From Cycas panzhihuaensis (Eukaryota > Plantae > Cycadophyta): a stretch of 64,000 bases of DNA. The translations under genes and the position numbers were made by a program. How positions within the stretch are numbered: position 1 is the first letter of the stretch; every line of letters begins with the position of its first letter. Below, one piece after another: positions 24,201 through 37,776 of this stretch. The DNA lies in assembly GCA_023213395.1 (NCBI GenBank), contig CM041465.1, forward strand, positions 96,107,741 through 96,171,740. The letters run 5' to 3'. The notes beneath the pieces were generated by a model. It was given only the letters and a program-made list of their open reading frames with translations, was not told where the DNA came from and ran no database searches.

Positions 24201-27200
24201 TGCTCAAGGAGGACTTCGTCATCCTCGAAGTAATCCACCCCATGGATGACCTTACTTCGAGTAGAGGAAGCACTGGAGGTAGTAAGAGCAACGGTACCGT
24301 GATGGTCGTCGGGTTGCTCAACTTCCTCGCGGGAATCTGAAGGAAAGCCAAGAAGATGCTCCTTGGAAGGAGCGAAAGGCAATTCTTCAAAGTCATTACC
24401 TATGGGGGGTAATGAAGAAGAATAACTGACGACGGGCGAGTCAACATGAGCGATGACGTGGGATATGTATGAATAGTTAGCCTTACCAATGAGAGAGATC
24501 CTAGACGGGGATCTAGAATGAGATGGGTGCGGCCTACTGGCACAGAGGAAAGAAACGGGGTGAAGACAATCCTCGTCTTCGTCGAGTGACTCGTCGTCAC
24601 TAAACGAAGCAAGGTACCTGTAACTCCCAATGCCAATAAGAGCAAATCGCATGAGACTAGGGGAAGAAGATGCGGGATCTTCTTCGGATGGGTTAGGTAT
24701 ACCAATAGAGCAAGCTGAGGCATGCGTGGAAGGACCTTGGTTTGTCAAACTGGCGGAACGAGTTTGTTTGGTGAATGGGCGTTCGCGGGAAATCACTCTC
24801 ATCCATCTGTCATGGACGAATTTAAGTTGTCCCCAAAGAGTCGAGCACACAACTCCCATTTGGTCGAGCCATGGACGACCTAGAAGGAGGTTGTAATCCA
24901 CGTCAACGTTGAGGACTACAACGTCAGCAAGAACGGTCTTACCCTCAAGGGTGAGCGGAATCACGACAGATCCCAAAGGGGTCTTCTCGCTACCATCATA
25001 ACCTTGGCATCGCTAGGGAACAGGTTCCAAGGCAAAGATACCAAGCTCTTGCATGACACACAAGGGCATGGCATTGACAGAAGAACCATTATCGACAATA
25101 GTCCTCCAAAGGGTACAATTGGGTGTATCGATAGTGATAGTGAATGGGAAGTTCCACTGACGTTACCTTTCACCGGCGGGAGGAAGATCCTTAGGGTCAA
25201 ATGAGATAATGGGTCCACAACCTTAGGTGACACCCAAAGCATAGATAGGCGCATCACTCGATGCTAAAGCTTCCAGGAGGAGGGCCCGCTGCTCGGGACA
25301 ACTCCTCAAAACGTCCATCAAGGACATTCCTACAGCGACAGTATGAAGCTCGTCCACGATGGAGAAGGGCTTACCCTTCGCGGTAGGTTGGGTAAGTGCC
25401 CTTCAGAAATCGTAACGACCTGGGCGTACAGGAATAGCCTTGGAAAAGAGAGGTATTTCCAGAGGAAGGTTCTCTGGAAGAGGGTAGGAAGGAGCGGAAG
25501 AACAAGACGCTCCTGTTGCTTCCTTAGCGGCTTGAGATCACGTAAGGGCGTAAGTAGGAGTTGCTTCAAGCAACTGGATCACCTTCTTCCCCTTGTTCCG
25601 GGGTCACGAAGGTGACGGGCTGCGACGGCTAGGAGAACGAGAGGAGGAAGACGAGTTCCGGGCACCCTTCCCTTTGTCGTGGGAAGGACAGGGATCAGGT
25701 GATCTTCCTCTGTTTCGGTTACTCTTGGTTTGGGTGTTGCAATCATGTTCCCCATGTTTAGGGAACAGATCCTTGTGAACTGGTTGGTCCAAATTAGGCC
25801 TTGAGGCCCGTTTGGGGGAAGAATCACGTCAAGGGGCATCCTTGGGATGCTGGGCCCTACAACGCGAATCGTCGTGGAAGCACTCCCCATGAATGGAGCA
25901 CCACTTCTTCTCAAGCGGAGGGTCTGACCTTCTCCCTTGAGAGGACTGGGCGTTTCCATTCCTGGGGAGAGGAGCTTGGGTTGTTTGTTGGACTTGTTTA
26001 TTGGATGTAAGGGATGAAGGAGCCTGAAGCTTGAGTTCCTTCATCGTACACTCGAATGAGCGTATGGCCGATGTGAGAGGGTTTAAAGTCCTCTTAGTCG
26101 GGTGAGAGGAAGATCGGGTAGGTTGTGAAAGTTTGGTATCCTTGGTTGGGGGTGGTGCCTCACGGCGCTGTGAGGGCTTAAGAGGTTTCTTGAGACTGGC
26201 TTAGATCTCAATAGCCTCCAACGCCAAACACTTTGCGATCGCAGAGTCACATGTGGTTGCTCCCATCTTGAGGACTTCCACATGAACTTCGGGACGAAGT
26301 GCATTGACGAAAAGGTCTCGCTTCAGCTCCTCGGGCAATGTTGCCTTAGTGGAGTGAAGCAAGTCGTGAAATCGCCACACAAAGTCACGATTCATTTCAT
26401 CGTGACCTTGTTTGAGTGAAAGAAGTGACTTCATTCCACTCTCGAATGGACGGGCTACATCAAAATAGTTGATGAACTCATCCACCAATTACTGGAATGA
26501 ATGGATAGAATGGGCAAGGAGATGGTAGAACCACTTGAGGGCATCACCCTGCAAGGATCGCGGAAATAATTTCATTAAAATGTGGTCGTAAGCCTAGTAA
26601 TCGATGTATGCCATAGAAAAACTATGCACATGCTCCGCCGGGTCTTGCGACGAAGTTCCATCGAATCTAGGAACTTTAGGGGGATGAGGCGGCAGATTGG
26701 TTCTTAACGCCTCAATGGAAAGAGGTGTTGACCTAAAGTCCATGAAGGGGCGTGCCCTTGCCTAGACCGTAGGGTCAACGAATGTCATAGTAGGTAATGA
26801 ACAAGAAGCGGATGGGGGTGGAACACCCATCCCTCCTTGAGGAAACGCCCCTTGCTGAAAAGAGGCGTGGGGGTAGGTGACTTGGAAGGGAGTCAGGTTC
26901 CCTTGCGAAGGCACAATGAATGAGATTACATTGGATGATGGGCAAGACGGATATGGAACTAGGTTCTGCCCATATGGGCCACCCGTAGGTGGAGCGACCC
27001 CATATGGGTGTAGCAGATCCACCCCATAAACCGGGAGATGGCTTCCTCTACCCTACCCCCAAGGCTGAGAAGTATACCCTGGGGGGATGTAGAAGGAATC
27101 ACCAACGTGTTGGTTTTGAGGATGTGTGGGAGCGGATCCCACATGACTAGTGGTCGGAAGGCTAGTAGGACCGACAGGCCTACTAGGAATGGTATGCACT

Positions 27201-27910
27201 ACATTAGGGGATGGCACATTAGTTTGGTTAGGGATGGGTATGCTAACCTTCAATTGAGGGAAAGACACACCAAGGGGAGATCCTGAAACACTAGGACCTC
27301 GATGAGAAATGGAAGGCACGACACGTGCCCCCACTACGAGAATAGGAAAGGAGTGGGACACATGCGCAGGCACAAAGGGATTCGTTCTCAAAGGAAGAGT
27401 AGATGAGGATGAGGCATGCGGGGGAGGAGCGGAAGAGGAAGAGGCTCCTCCACGGAGGGCACCCTCAAGCCATCTAAGACGCGGTTGCAAGCGTTCCGTG
27501 CGGTGACACTCGTTGAGAGCTTCAACTACGTCAACGGGAGGGGTTCCTACATACTCGTAAGAGGTAACTGGGACCTCGAACAAAGTAGTTTCCTTGTAAT
27601 GCTCCTCATAAGAGTCACTGACTACATGGCAAGTCTCAAGAGGAGTGGATCCTTCTACGGCATGGGTAGAGGGATGGACATCGAGCGAGAGATGTTGGTC
27701 ATTTGGGTAATAAAGGGGTTCATCACCCTCTTGGGTGGACCTGGGAATAGAGGAAGGAAAAGCATGAGTTTCTAAGGTTGAAGTGTGGTAGGCCCAATAG
27801 GAAGAGTATCCCTCCATAGTCAGATCAGAATCTGACAAAGGAAGAGGGTAATACTCAGGGTCTTCTAACAATGGAGGTAGACCGCGCAAGCGACGAGAAA
27901 AGCATCGCAT
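21246..27910 (-). pseudogene. gag-pol: Element C gag-pol polyprotein (GAG-PR-spacer-RT-RH-INT, no chromodomain, no in-pol aRNH)
   Basis: Single frame from ATG 27910 through gag (KLFPRSLQGDALKWF, CSIHGECFHDDSRC), protease (IVDNGSS, LLLGRPWL), RT (MPFGLKNAGATYQR, EVFMDD) and RH (EKECL); integrase (HHGICGGH..CQQC, WGLDLIG, YYPQANGQ, WVGPF); many nonsense stops, frameshifts near 22330 and 21650. Confidence 0.96.
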
Positions 27911-28064
27911 GCAAGATCAACCAACAACATTAGGGAAAGAGAGAGAGCTGTAAAGCACACGCGTTAGGGGTTGCCCAATGTAGAGATCGAAATAGGTATA
28001 AAAGGATTACAAGAAGGTAGCGAAACCAACGGAAGAGAGCGGAAACTAGCTCCCTTACTGGCAG

Positions 28065-28082
28065 TCCCCAGTATGGTCACCA
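28065..28082 (-). promoter_or_regulatory. Primer-binding site of C, tRNA-Arg-like
   Basis: TGGTGACCATACTGGGGA, 1 nt after the LTR; resembles the Tat/Ogre Arg PBS TGGCGACTCCACTGGGGA as I recall it. Confidence 0.85.
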
Positions 28083-28083
28083 G

Positions 28084-30645
28084 TGGGCCAAGATCTGGGA
28101 TAGCTACCTAACTAATAGGTGTGGTGAGAGTGGGTGATGATATGGTCGAAGGAGAGACCTATGAGGAAAGTAATTACCACGCAGAGCACCCTGTGTGCCG
28201 GAACGCGAGTTTGGGACCTGCAATGGAATGTGGCTACTAAAAAGTGATCCTCCACCACTTCGAACAAAGGGTAAAGAGGCACAGGGTTAGCCTGGGTTGA
28301 CCTAGGGATAGGATCCTCCCACCCTTGGATGGCCAGAAGGGGAATGAGAAGATCCAAGAAAATAGGTCAAGGGTGTACCTAAACAAGCTAACTGGGTACA
28401 CAAGCAACACGGGAGGCAAGAAACTTGTGTAGCTAAGGAGAGGAGGAAAGGTGAAAAGGGCGGTTCCTATAGCCTTTCCTATGGGTAACAAAGATGCAAG
28501 TAATAAAACAAATAAAGCATAACCAAAAACAAAGTCAAATTTCCCTTTTGTTTTCCAATGTGTTAATTACTAAGAAAAAGTCGGGTGGAGTAAGGTGTGC
28601 ACCTGGATCGAGGGTGTGTGTGATGAGGGCCTTCTTGAGGGGCACCAAACTACTCCACGCGGTGCGTTGGATGTGAAGCGTCGCGGCGGATTTGGAAGAG
28701 GGGCTCCCTTACCTTCCCCGGAAAAATACCAAATACGATGCCAAGGAAAGAAAGGAAGTAAATGCAAATAACTGAAGAAGTATGAAAGTACGATATACAT
28801 GAGAGCACTCACCAGCAACGGAGCTAACGGATAATATCCTTCGCACTCTCCAAGCACCTGCAGGCAATGGCAACCTCCCCCTTTCCAGGGAAAGGGTACT
28901 AACATGCAATAATGAGATTCTAACAATATATGTCTATATAATATAAATATAAGTCTAAACACATATATGTTAGTATCAACCCAACGATGATAGTATATAA
29001 AAGAGGGTAACCAAAGCAAAGGTAAATGACCGGTAAGCCTCAGAGTGGCCCACCTCCCGCAAAGAACACCCTAACCCCCCCCCCCCTCCCCAAAAGCCAT
29101 AGGGCAGCGAGGGCAAGGCCAAGAGAGATGGCTGGAAATGGCAACAAGGAGGTGAAGAGGAGCCAAAGAACACCCACGGCGAACCGGGATGCTACGAAGA
29201 GCAAACCAGGCAACCGGGAAGAGAGTTGGACAAGGACTAGCGATCGGGACTTACGCAAGTTGCCCAAACCTGAACCTAAGCCCTCAAACCAGCGCTACAA
29301 CGTATGACAGTGCTGATTTCAGCGGCTAAGAGAGGGCCAACAAACCCTTGTTTGAGTGCCAAGGATAGCACGAGGCGAGAGGGAGGATTTGGGGGGCTTT
29401 AAGCCGCTTGAGGAGCGTAGAAGGTGGTATGGAATCCACCCAGCTCCTTCCCAAAGTCTATGCCAACCCTCAACGCCGCTGCCTTGAGCAACAAACGTAG
29501 GTAAGAGGCACTATGACAGAGGTAAAACAGCCCACTAAAAAGAAGAAAACCAAACTCACAAGGACAAGTAGGGAGCAAGCAAGATGGAGCATCAATATCA
29601 CAAGAAAAGTAATTCAAATCAAGAAATATCTGAGCAGGAGAGGCAAGGGGCTTGCCTCAGCCAAGAGATGGCGAGGAGAGGCTAAGAAATCAGCCCAGAT
29701 ATGTGGTGTAGCAGGTTTGGGATCCTGCTAAGGGAGTTGGAAGGAGAACACCTGCACTTGGAATGCTTGAAGACTGCCCGGGGTAAGAATCTACTGAAAT
29801 CTCTCCAAGGGACCCTCTCTAAGGTGTGTGAGGGGCTGGGAAGATGTCCTAGCCACACCAGAGGAGAGATGGGTGTTGTAGGAGAGATGGAGGTCCTGTG
29901 GTAGTAGCAGGGCAGCAGAGAAGAGCAGAGCACAGTGTTGTTTCCTTGAGGAGCAATCCAAAAGTGAGCGAAAAAGTTCTCAAAAATGAGTCAAAAATGA
30001 CTTAAGTACTTAACCCAAACCGTAAAGTGAGCGATTAGGGTGTGGTTGGGAGAGAGTTAAGTCACGAGCCATGTGACAGTTTTGCAATAAATATGAAATT
30101 TCCATGGCAGATTTTAAAAAGCAAATTAGAACAGTCGTACCGCCACAAACTCCGCAGTACCACGAATATTCAGCAGACCACGAAAAATTCGTCAGAACCC
30201 GGAGGCAAAATAAAGCCACCACCTTAGGCCGGGGAAGATGACAAAAAGGGCCAGTAGGGGGCTGAGACACTTACCCGGGGGTAAACAAGCCAACAAACAG
30301 GTCCAATAGAACAAAAATAGGGCTCAAACAGTGTGGCAAGTCGACTAAACGATGATGGGTCATCACACGGGCGGAGGTGGCGCAAACCGAGTGGATCCTG
30401 GAGCGAGGAGGGTAGATGCGAGAAGTGAAGTAGCCACTAGGGTGCCATACTCACTGGGAGTATGCCCCTGCTATAGTCGTCATAGGCTAAGATAAGTGTA
30501 GATGAGGACAAAGTCGCTTACAAAGCCACACACATGCAGACATGCAAGCAAATACTCATCAAATGAAAGTGATGATAAGGCGAGAAACATACCTGCACTT
30601 ACCTGAGTTAGTGATTTCGTATCCATTCCCGGAAGCCAGGAAACA
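28084..30645 (-). repeat. Element C 5' LTR (2562 bp)
   Basis: Direct repeat of 14051-16627; followed by the PBS. Confidence 0.95.
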
Positions 30646-30650
30646 GTTGT

Positions 30651-32909
30651 ATACAATCAAACTGAAAGAGGAAGGTGATATCTCCTATCTCATGCTCTTT
30701 CCTAAAATGTAAGTGTAGCATGCATATGCAAAAAAGAAAATACAAATTAGTTCCCTTTTCTCCTTTTCCTTTATGTTTTTATTATGCAAAAATATAAACT
30801 TAAAAGGTAAGAAAAGAAGAGAGCCAAGAAAAGAGGAGGGTGGCGTACCTGAAAAGTTATACGGCTGAAACAAGGTTGTTGTCTTGCACCACACTTGCTT
30901 CTCCTTTTCCTTCCCCCAACATACAGGAAGTATAGAGTGATGGCATTGGGGCTCCTTTACCTTCCCTGAATTGCAAAGAAAAGGCAAGAGAAAACAAAAA
31001 GAAAGTCTATGAGAGAAGCAGAAAAGACCAAGGAAAAGAAGGCTAAGAGACATAATCAGATTGAAATGTTTCATCCTTCTCCATAAGTAACTTGGTAAAA
31101 CCTATAATCATAAAGGTTCTCTATCCTATTCCAAGGGGTTACTAGAGTGCCAAACAAATATATATACATAGCTATGAAATGCTAAGAATGTTGTAAGTAA
31201 AAGCACTTTAAAGCAAGTAAATTTCCAACCAAGGAAACAACTCCCAATCTTCTCAAAAGTAAGTGACACAAGACAAAGGACATGGATGGTTAGCCTTGAA
31301 ATGGCTAACCCTCCAATGAGTACACCTCCACATTGCCTTTAATCATAAGAACAGTAGTTTGGGATAGCCTAATGGTAGCAAATGATGAGAGAAACAAATT
31401 GCATATGGTTTGTAAATACCATCTATGTTACAAGTGTTACTATGTGCAGCAATTTATAACTTTGATCAATCCAAGACCCAAAGTCAATATGTGATACTAC
31501 TCAGGGCTGGAAAATCTACCCAAGTGAGGTGCTCAGTCCTAGAACCTAAGAAAGGCATAAGAGGAGGAGAGGAAAAGAGGAGAAGGGGGTTGCCCTTCAG
31601 GAGTAGGCCTAGTTGGGTATAGAACCCACCTTGGCACCTTTCTCTCACTCTTTGAGGACCTCTCCTCATAGCCTCCTTAGAGAAACCAAGAGAAAGTAGG
31701 AAGATAATGTGGACAGAAAGGGAGGAATGGAGGGAATGCCTCCTATACGTACTGAAAAGCTATAAAATAAAAGATATACCAAGTGATCCAATCTCTTTTA
31801 AGGAAGTTTAAAAGGAACAAAATAGAATAAACATGAGGTGGTACCAGCTGGGTTGGATTAGTGATAGGTTTGCATAAGAAAATAATAGGAAATGATAGAT
31901 CTATGGTTCTTATAGGTGGATCCCTATGAGAGCTATGAAACCTAAAGAGAAATTTGCTGAAACTTGTTGATAGAGCATGGAGGTGAGACTTGGAGTATAT
32001 CCTTGCTTGGAGAAGCTTATCCACGAGCCTGCTACCATGGATTTGAGCTAGAGGAGGCAAATCTCAGGCTAGGACATAGGAATCTCAGATGTTGCAGGGT
32101 GTTCCTACAGAAAACTACTTATGAAAGTAAGAGAAGAGAGGAGAGTAGGTGGAAGAAGAGGAAGAAAATGAAGTTCTTGCAGGTTTTATACCTAACCCTA
32201 GCTTAATTAGATGATTAGGGTTAGGCTAAGACATGGGGGATGACTAAGACAAGTGGCAATTTCATGAAACAAGTGAAATTTGCCACAGCAAACTTAAAAG
32301 AATGATTTGTGATAGTTGCTCCATGGCAAACTTCATTGTATCACAAAGTTTATTGCAATACCATGACATTTACTATGGTGCAGTCATAGAAGCAAAAATA
32401 AGAGAAGAACAGGTACCTGGGAGCCCTAAAGGAGGGTACCCCAGGTCTAGGAGGGGTTGACCCTTTGTCCAAGTGGCTAAGGACAGTCATATAGAGAGGA
32501 TGACCTAAATCAAACGAGGTACTGGGGAGGTAGGATTCCCAAGAAACTGCCAAATGAATAGGAATGCACTAATCACACCTAGCAGGGCACTAAGAGCTGT
32601 GATGTGGCAAAGAGGATGTGAACGGATCACATGGGTTTGTTGTCGCTTGAGACAATATGGAGGTACATAATAGGGTTATGGAGTACCATGGGGATGCTTG
32701 TCCCATAGATTGTCGTAGGCTAAAAGATTATCAAGCAATATGATCAAGCAGCGGATGTAAGATGATCACTCAAATGTATTAGTCATTTGTACAATAAAAG
32801 GAAGCTTTGGTTTACCTTTCTAGAGAAGTAGCAAAGGCAAAGGATAGAAGCATACATGTACTTACCTAAGTTGACTTTCTAAGAACCCATTCCTAGTAAC
32901 CGGGAAATA
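30651..32909 (-). repeat. Element B 3' LTR, part 2
   Basis: Aligns to 42506-44800; PPT (minus strand TAAGGGAGCAG) at 32910-32920. Confidence 0.92.
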
Positions 32910-33412
32910 CTGCTCCCTTAGTATTAGAGCCTTGCAGCTCAGAGGCATAATGCAATGGGGAATGCTGGAAACACAGTGTTAGTAACATATATATATATAT
33001 AAACAAATATAGAAATGGTACGAGCCAAGGGCGATGACAAGTGTCATGGCAGAACACGTGGGTGTAGAGGCAAGGGAGAGATAACATAAGGGATGTCTAT
33101 ATGTCATTGTATAGACAACAAGCAATGATAGCAGATGAGGGGGTTGCCCTCATTATGAGAGTATAATAGAAGGGTGGTGAGGACTACACATAAGATTAAA
33201 TAGATGTCATGAACAAAGAGCTATGTATAGACATAAGCCAAGAATAATGAGAGTTGCATGAAGAAGATGCTGAGAGTAAAGTAAGGAAAATAAATCTAGT
33301 GTTCACCATAGTTTAACCTTATTAGTGGCCAGCTTTTAGAGGTGCGAATAGATTATGATATGAAGAACAAGGTGACCTAAGACTTGGGTGCCTGGGCGAC
33401 CAAACAAGTCTC

Positions 33413-33835
33413 TCAAGGTGGGTAGATAAGGAGAAGAAGGTGATGCTCAAGGATGAGATAAACCAGGTTGTTTGCCTCGATGTTGAGAGCCTGAGGAATG
33501 TGTCAAATGTCAATAGATAGAAAACAAGCCAATAAGGACCTAAAGGTCAAGGTAAGGGCTCTCATGTGTGGGCACCGTACCTTATAGACCTAGGTAAGAT
33601 GGGATACCATGACTTGAGAGTCACAAAGGAGGATGATGGGTCCATGGTGGAAGTGGAGTGCATCGATAAGGGCCTCAATAACAATTGTGTACTCATTTTC
33701 ATTATTGATGGCCTCAACAAGGAAGATCCTGGAATGTATAAAGTCATGTCCAGAAGGGTCATGGAGAATCCACATGATGGTAGAAGGGCCTGGATTACCA
33801 CAGCTTTCGCCATTGATGAATATGAGTAATGCTAT
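33413..33835 (-). pseudogene. Element B stand-alone archaeal-type RNase HI
   Basis: ALLIFINGESCGNPGPS...INNENEYTIVIEALIDAL...LLCDSQVMV...HIPQALN; start ATG mutated to ATA. Confidence 0.88.
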
Positions 33836-34539
33836 GATAAAAGAATGGAGGTCTCAATAGAGAAAATATTGATAGGATTAATGGGTCAAAAGGACTTAAC
33901 AATGTGAAACAATCATAGGGCAGGCTCAAGTGGCAGGAAGACCCAGAGATGAGGCTACCCAAGGGTGGAGGAGACTATCTAGCAGATGGAAAAGAATCAG
34001 CGATGAAAAGACCCCTCCTGGGGTCCCAAAGGTCACTTAAAGAAGTGAGGCACAGTCCCAAGTGGAGGGATGCTTCCGTTGGGAGCCCCAGAGGTGCAAA
34101 CGGGTAGTAGAAATGGGTTCAGGACAGTGAAACAAGCCAAATGAGTATAAACTCGAGTATATATGGAGGTGGCATGCAAAACAAGGTAGAGGGGGCCTCG
34201 TAGGGCCAAGGAGAGGGGCACCATAAATGCACATGAAGGGTAAGGAGAAAAGAGGGCCATGAAGAAGAAATGGGAGATAGACCCAGAAGGAAAAGGTGAT
34301 CAGGGAAGAGAGATGGTCCTAAGGGCTTTCGCGGCAAGAGAAATGGAAGAGGTGCCGATTGAGGCCCCTGCCTATATAAGGAAAACTCGACAAAAATGAG
34401 ATTCATTTTCATGGGCTTGTGACCGATTCAGAGCCCTTCTCCTTATGCAGAGGAGTGCCGCTGACTTCGAAGGTATGAAAAAAGAGATCAAACCATCAGA
34501 TCGAGATGTAGGGACAGCCGGTGAGACCAGAGAGATAAG

Positions 34540-37000
34540 ATGGTAGTAGTGAGGCTAGATCTAATGAGTGGATCACCCCCTTCCTAACCCATCTTATCAT
34601 TTAAGTTTAATGGATTTTTACTGTTTTTTAGTATAGTTTTTGGCTCCTTCTGGGAAGATGGCAATCTCCTGGAGTCTAAATTAAACCTAGCAAGAGGGAG
34701 GACCATGGCATTAGGTAGCCCTGGTCCTGTTAGACCTAAGCATGGTCCACCTGGATAAAACATTTTGATTTCTTTTTTGGTAGGAAACCCCCCCAATGTG
34801 GGGGTATCACTGGCCCCATCGAAAAGATTACAATGCCACGAACTTTACCACGGGGCCGCTAAGATTGTGCTAAAAACTCAACGGGCTCTATTGTAAACTC
34901 TGTGGTACCATAGAATTTAGCACTGTGCAAAGGTAGTCAGACTGAAAATATAAGGGATGGCCTAAAGGAGTGCTAAACCTTAATCAGAGAGGAATGAAGG
35001 GCAGTCCTGAAGGCAGGCAGGCATGTTTAGATGAGTTTTAACTGATTTTTGGGGTGTTTTACAGGCGGTTATCATGGTAGACAACTACGAAAACATAGGG
35101 GTGGCCATGCTTAACTTCATTAAGATGATGTCTCATGGAGACGGGAAAATGTTGGGGAGGTATGGCCTATTGAAGTCCATCTAGACACCATAGTACGCAT
35201 CTGATCAGTGCCTTCTAGTGGATATAGTCTCACACTAGGATCAATAGAGGTATATATTCCATCTCCTCTAAGTGGGAGATGTCACAATCATGCCAGGAGA
35301 CGTCTAGAGGATCTTGGGGGTACTCACAGTAGGAACAACAGCATCGCTAGGGGCATTGCCTAGCAATGACGCTCCATATAAGGAGGCATCGACCTACTTC
35401 ATAGGTCAAGACCAGTGGAAGAAAAGAGGCATTCCTGTACAGAGTATGATCATGTCTAGGATTCCTCGAGTGAGTAAGTTAATTACATTATGCATTCTAT
35501 TCTAGATATCCTAGAAACAGAACTATAGGGACATACCTAATAGGTGGATGGACACTGTGAGGAGATGCAAGGATGGGGAGAGGCTAGATTAGGCTACACT
35601 GATAGTGGTAAACTTGATCACCCAATTAAATGCCATCAAGGTGGCCGGGAGAGAAGGATTATCATACAACATGCTACTACAGTACTGGTTCTTCGATCAT
35701 TTTGGGGCAGTGGCACTAGCAGGAGGACCACATCCAATCTTAGCATGGGCTCCCATGGTCCACAAGTGGTAGACTCGATTCAGGGGGACCAAGGACCAGG
35801 CACAAATTCGACGCTTGGTGGAGGTGACATCACTAGACCTCCTCACATGGTAGACTATACAACAGATCCATATAGAGGGGTGAGGAGGGATAGTGATGAT
35901 GAGGCAGGAGGAGCAGGAGGTACCCCTGGCAATGGAGATAATGATGATGGGGGTGACAGAGGTGATGGAGCTGACCCATCAAGGGAAGTAGGTGGAGAGG
36001 CAAGTCCATCAGGGACCAATGGAGGATAAGTAGGGCCGTCAAGAGCTGCAGGAGGAAAGGCAGGTCCTTGAGGGACTACAAGGAGAGGTGGAGCGTGGAG
36101 CCCCCTAGACACCAATCTGGAGGTTGAGGATAATGGGGACAGCCCAAGCAGCAACAACACTAGCTGAGGAGGGAAAAGGTACCCTAGTGGGCTAGGTAAT
36201 CAGTGAGGTGGTACTAGAGGAGGAGGTACCAGCAGGAGGGGGAGGACCCGAGGAGAAGGTGATCATCTAAGGCAGGGAGCTGATAGTCCCAATAGGTGAG
36301 ATGCTAACTTTTCCTATCATCTTTTGATCACTAGATATCTACTTACTTTATTTTGTTTGGTTTGTTCAGTATAGATATATGGATATATATACTGACAAAT
36401 GGCATGTTGGATTTTGCAAGAGCAGTGGATATTCATAGGTTGGTTAAGGCATTAGTCTGAGAGATGTTCCCCTGGGCCTACGCGAAGGGGCAACCTCCCA
36501 TCCAGGTAGGAGACAAGCCACAGTCAGCAGGGCCACATATGGCAGCATTTGCCCCATTGGTTAGGGCTAGATACGTGTGGGTAGAATAGTCCCAGGAGCA
36601 TGAGGCATGACTGGGATGGCTACAAGGAGAGCTGGATGTGACTAGAGCGAAGAAGGATGCTCTACAAGGCTAGGTCCAGGCACTAGAAGCTTAGGGAGAA
36701 GTAGGTGGTGATGCAGAGAGTTGCATCAGGGTAGCAGTGCAGTAGGAGCAACTCTGAGGGGTGGAGGAGTTACTTCGAAGGTAAGCCCGATATGATCAAG
36801 TTGTGGATCAAATGACATCAAGGTCGTCGCAGAGTAGGACTCATACTCATATAGTGGCGATGACCCCGAGGAGGCCTTGGGATGAGGGGAGCAAGGTAGG
36901 GAGTTCCTAAAGGTGCAGGAGGAGTTTGGGAGGCATGTGGTCCCCAAGAGAGGGATCACATAGACCTAGAGATGATACCCCAAGAGCAAGATAGCATTAG
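34540..37000 (+). pseudogene. Element B antisense PMD/coiled-coil gene (spliced, decayed)
   Basis: Exon 1 MVVVRLDL at 34540-34563, acceptor TTTTACAG at 35064, donor AG/GTGAG at 36296; IFHLL.VGDVTIMP and LLQYWFFDHF motifs. Confidence 0.87.
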
Positions 37001-37776
37001 AGAGTAGGAGATACCAGTTTTGACTTGGGAAAGCACCAGACCTCTAGGGAGTCACCATATGTTACCACATGATTATATCCCTCCCTGTAAGGATTTTAGC
37101 TTCCTATAGATGATGTACCATACCATTTGTATGATATGACACATTATGATTTTATGTATATAGATGGGGCCATTGGTGCCCCATTTGATATATGATGATG
37201 TGTGTGATGACACATGATGATGGATGATGTTGCATTCGCTTTTATATATATATATATATTTATGTGTATATATGTGAGGGTGCACGGATGCATGAGGGGC
37301 TATAGATTATGATGTTTTGAGTTAATTAATACATGGTTTGTGTTTGAGGTTTGTTTGGGTTGCACGCACTTCCTTTCATGTAGGGCTACATTCTTAGTAA
37401 GTGCACACATGATCACCATGAGCATCAGCGATGGACATACGTGAGGCTAGGGGATAGGGGGGCATATATATCCACATAGGAGCATAGCAGAATATGCAAA
37501 GGAAGCACTAGCGAAAAAGGGAGTGATGATCCTCCAACATGCCACCCTAGTTGGGGACTGTTTTTGGGCTTAGGATCAACAGGGACAACACACCTAATTA
37601 GGACGACAGGGCCCCCAAAGGGAGAGGACAAGCGATTCCGTGGGAGGAACCCAGAAGAAGCTAGGAGGTCACCCTAAACTACCATTCTACCTGTGACTAG
37701 GAGGAATGAGGATATGCCTAGGGTGGTAGTTTAGGCTCATTTCAAAGTGCAATGAAAAGGGAGAGGTGTGCCTAGC

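Larger units (their letters stand above)
14051..30645 (-). mobile_element. Element C: full-length (16.6 kb), youngest Tat-like LTR retrotransposon, nested in the 3' LTR of B
   Basis: TSD GTTGT at 14046-14050 and 30646-30650; TG...CA termini on the minus strand; LTR pair, PBS, gag-pol, PPT. Confidence 0.96.

Noticed and set aside
21246-27910. Programmed read-through or an active element
   Set aside because: The stops are numerous, are transition-derived at Gln/Trp/Arg codons and largely differ between copies
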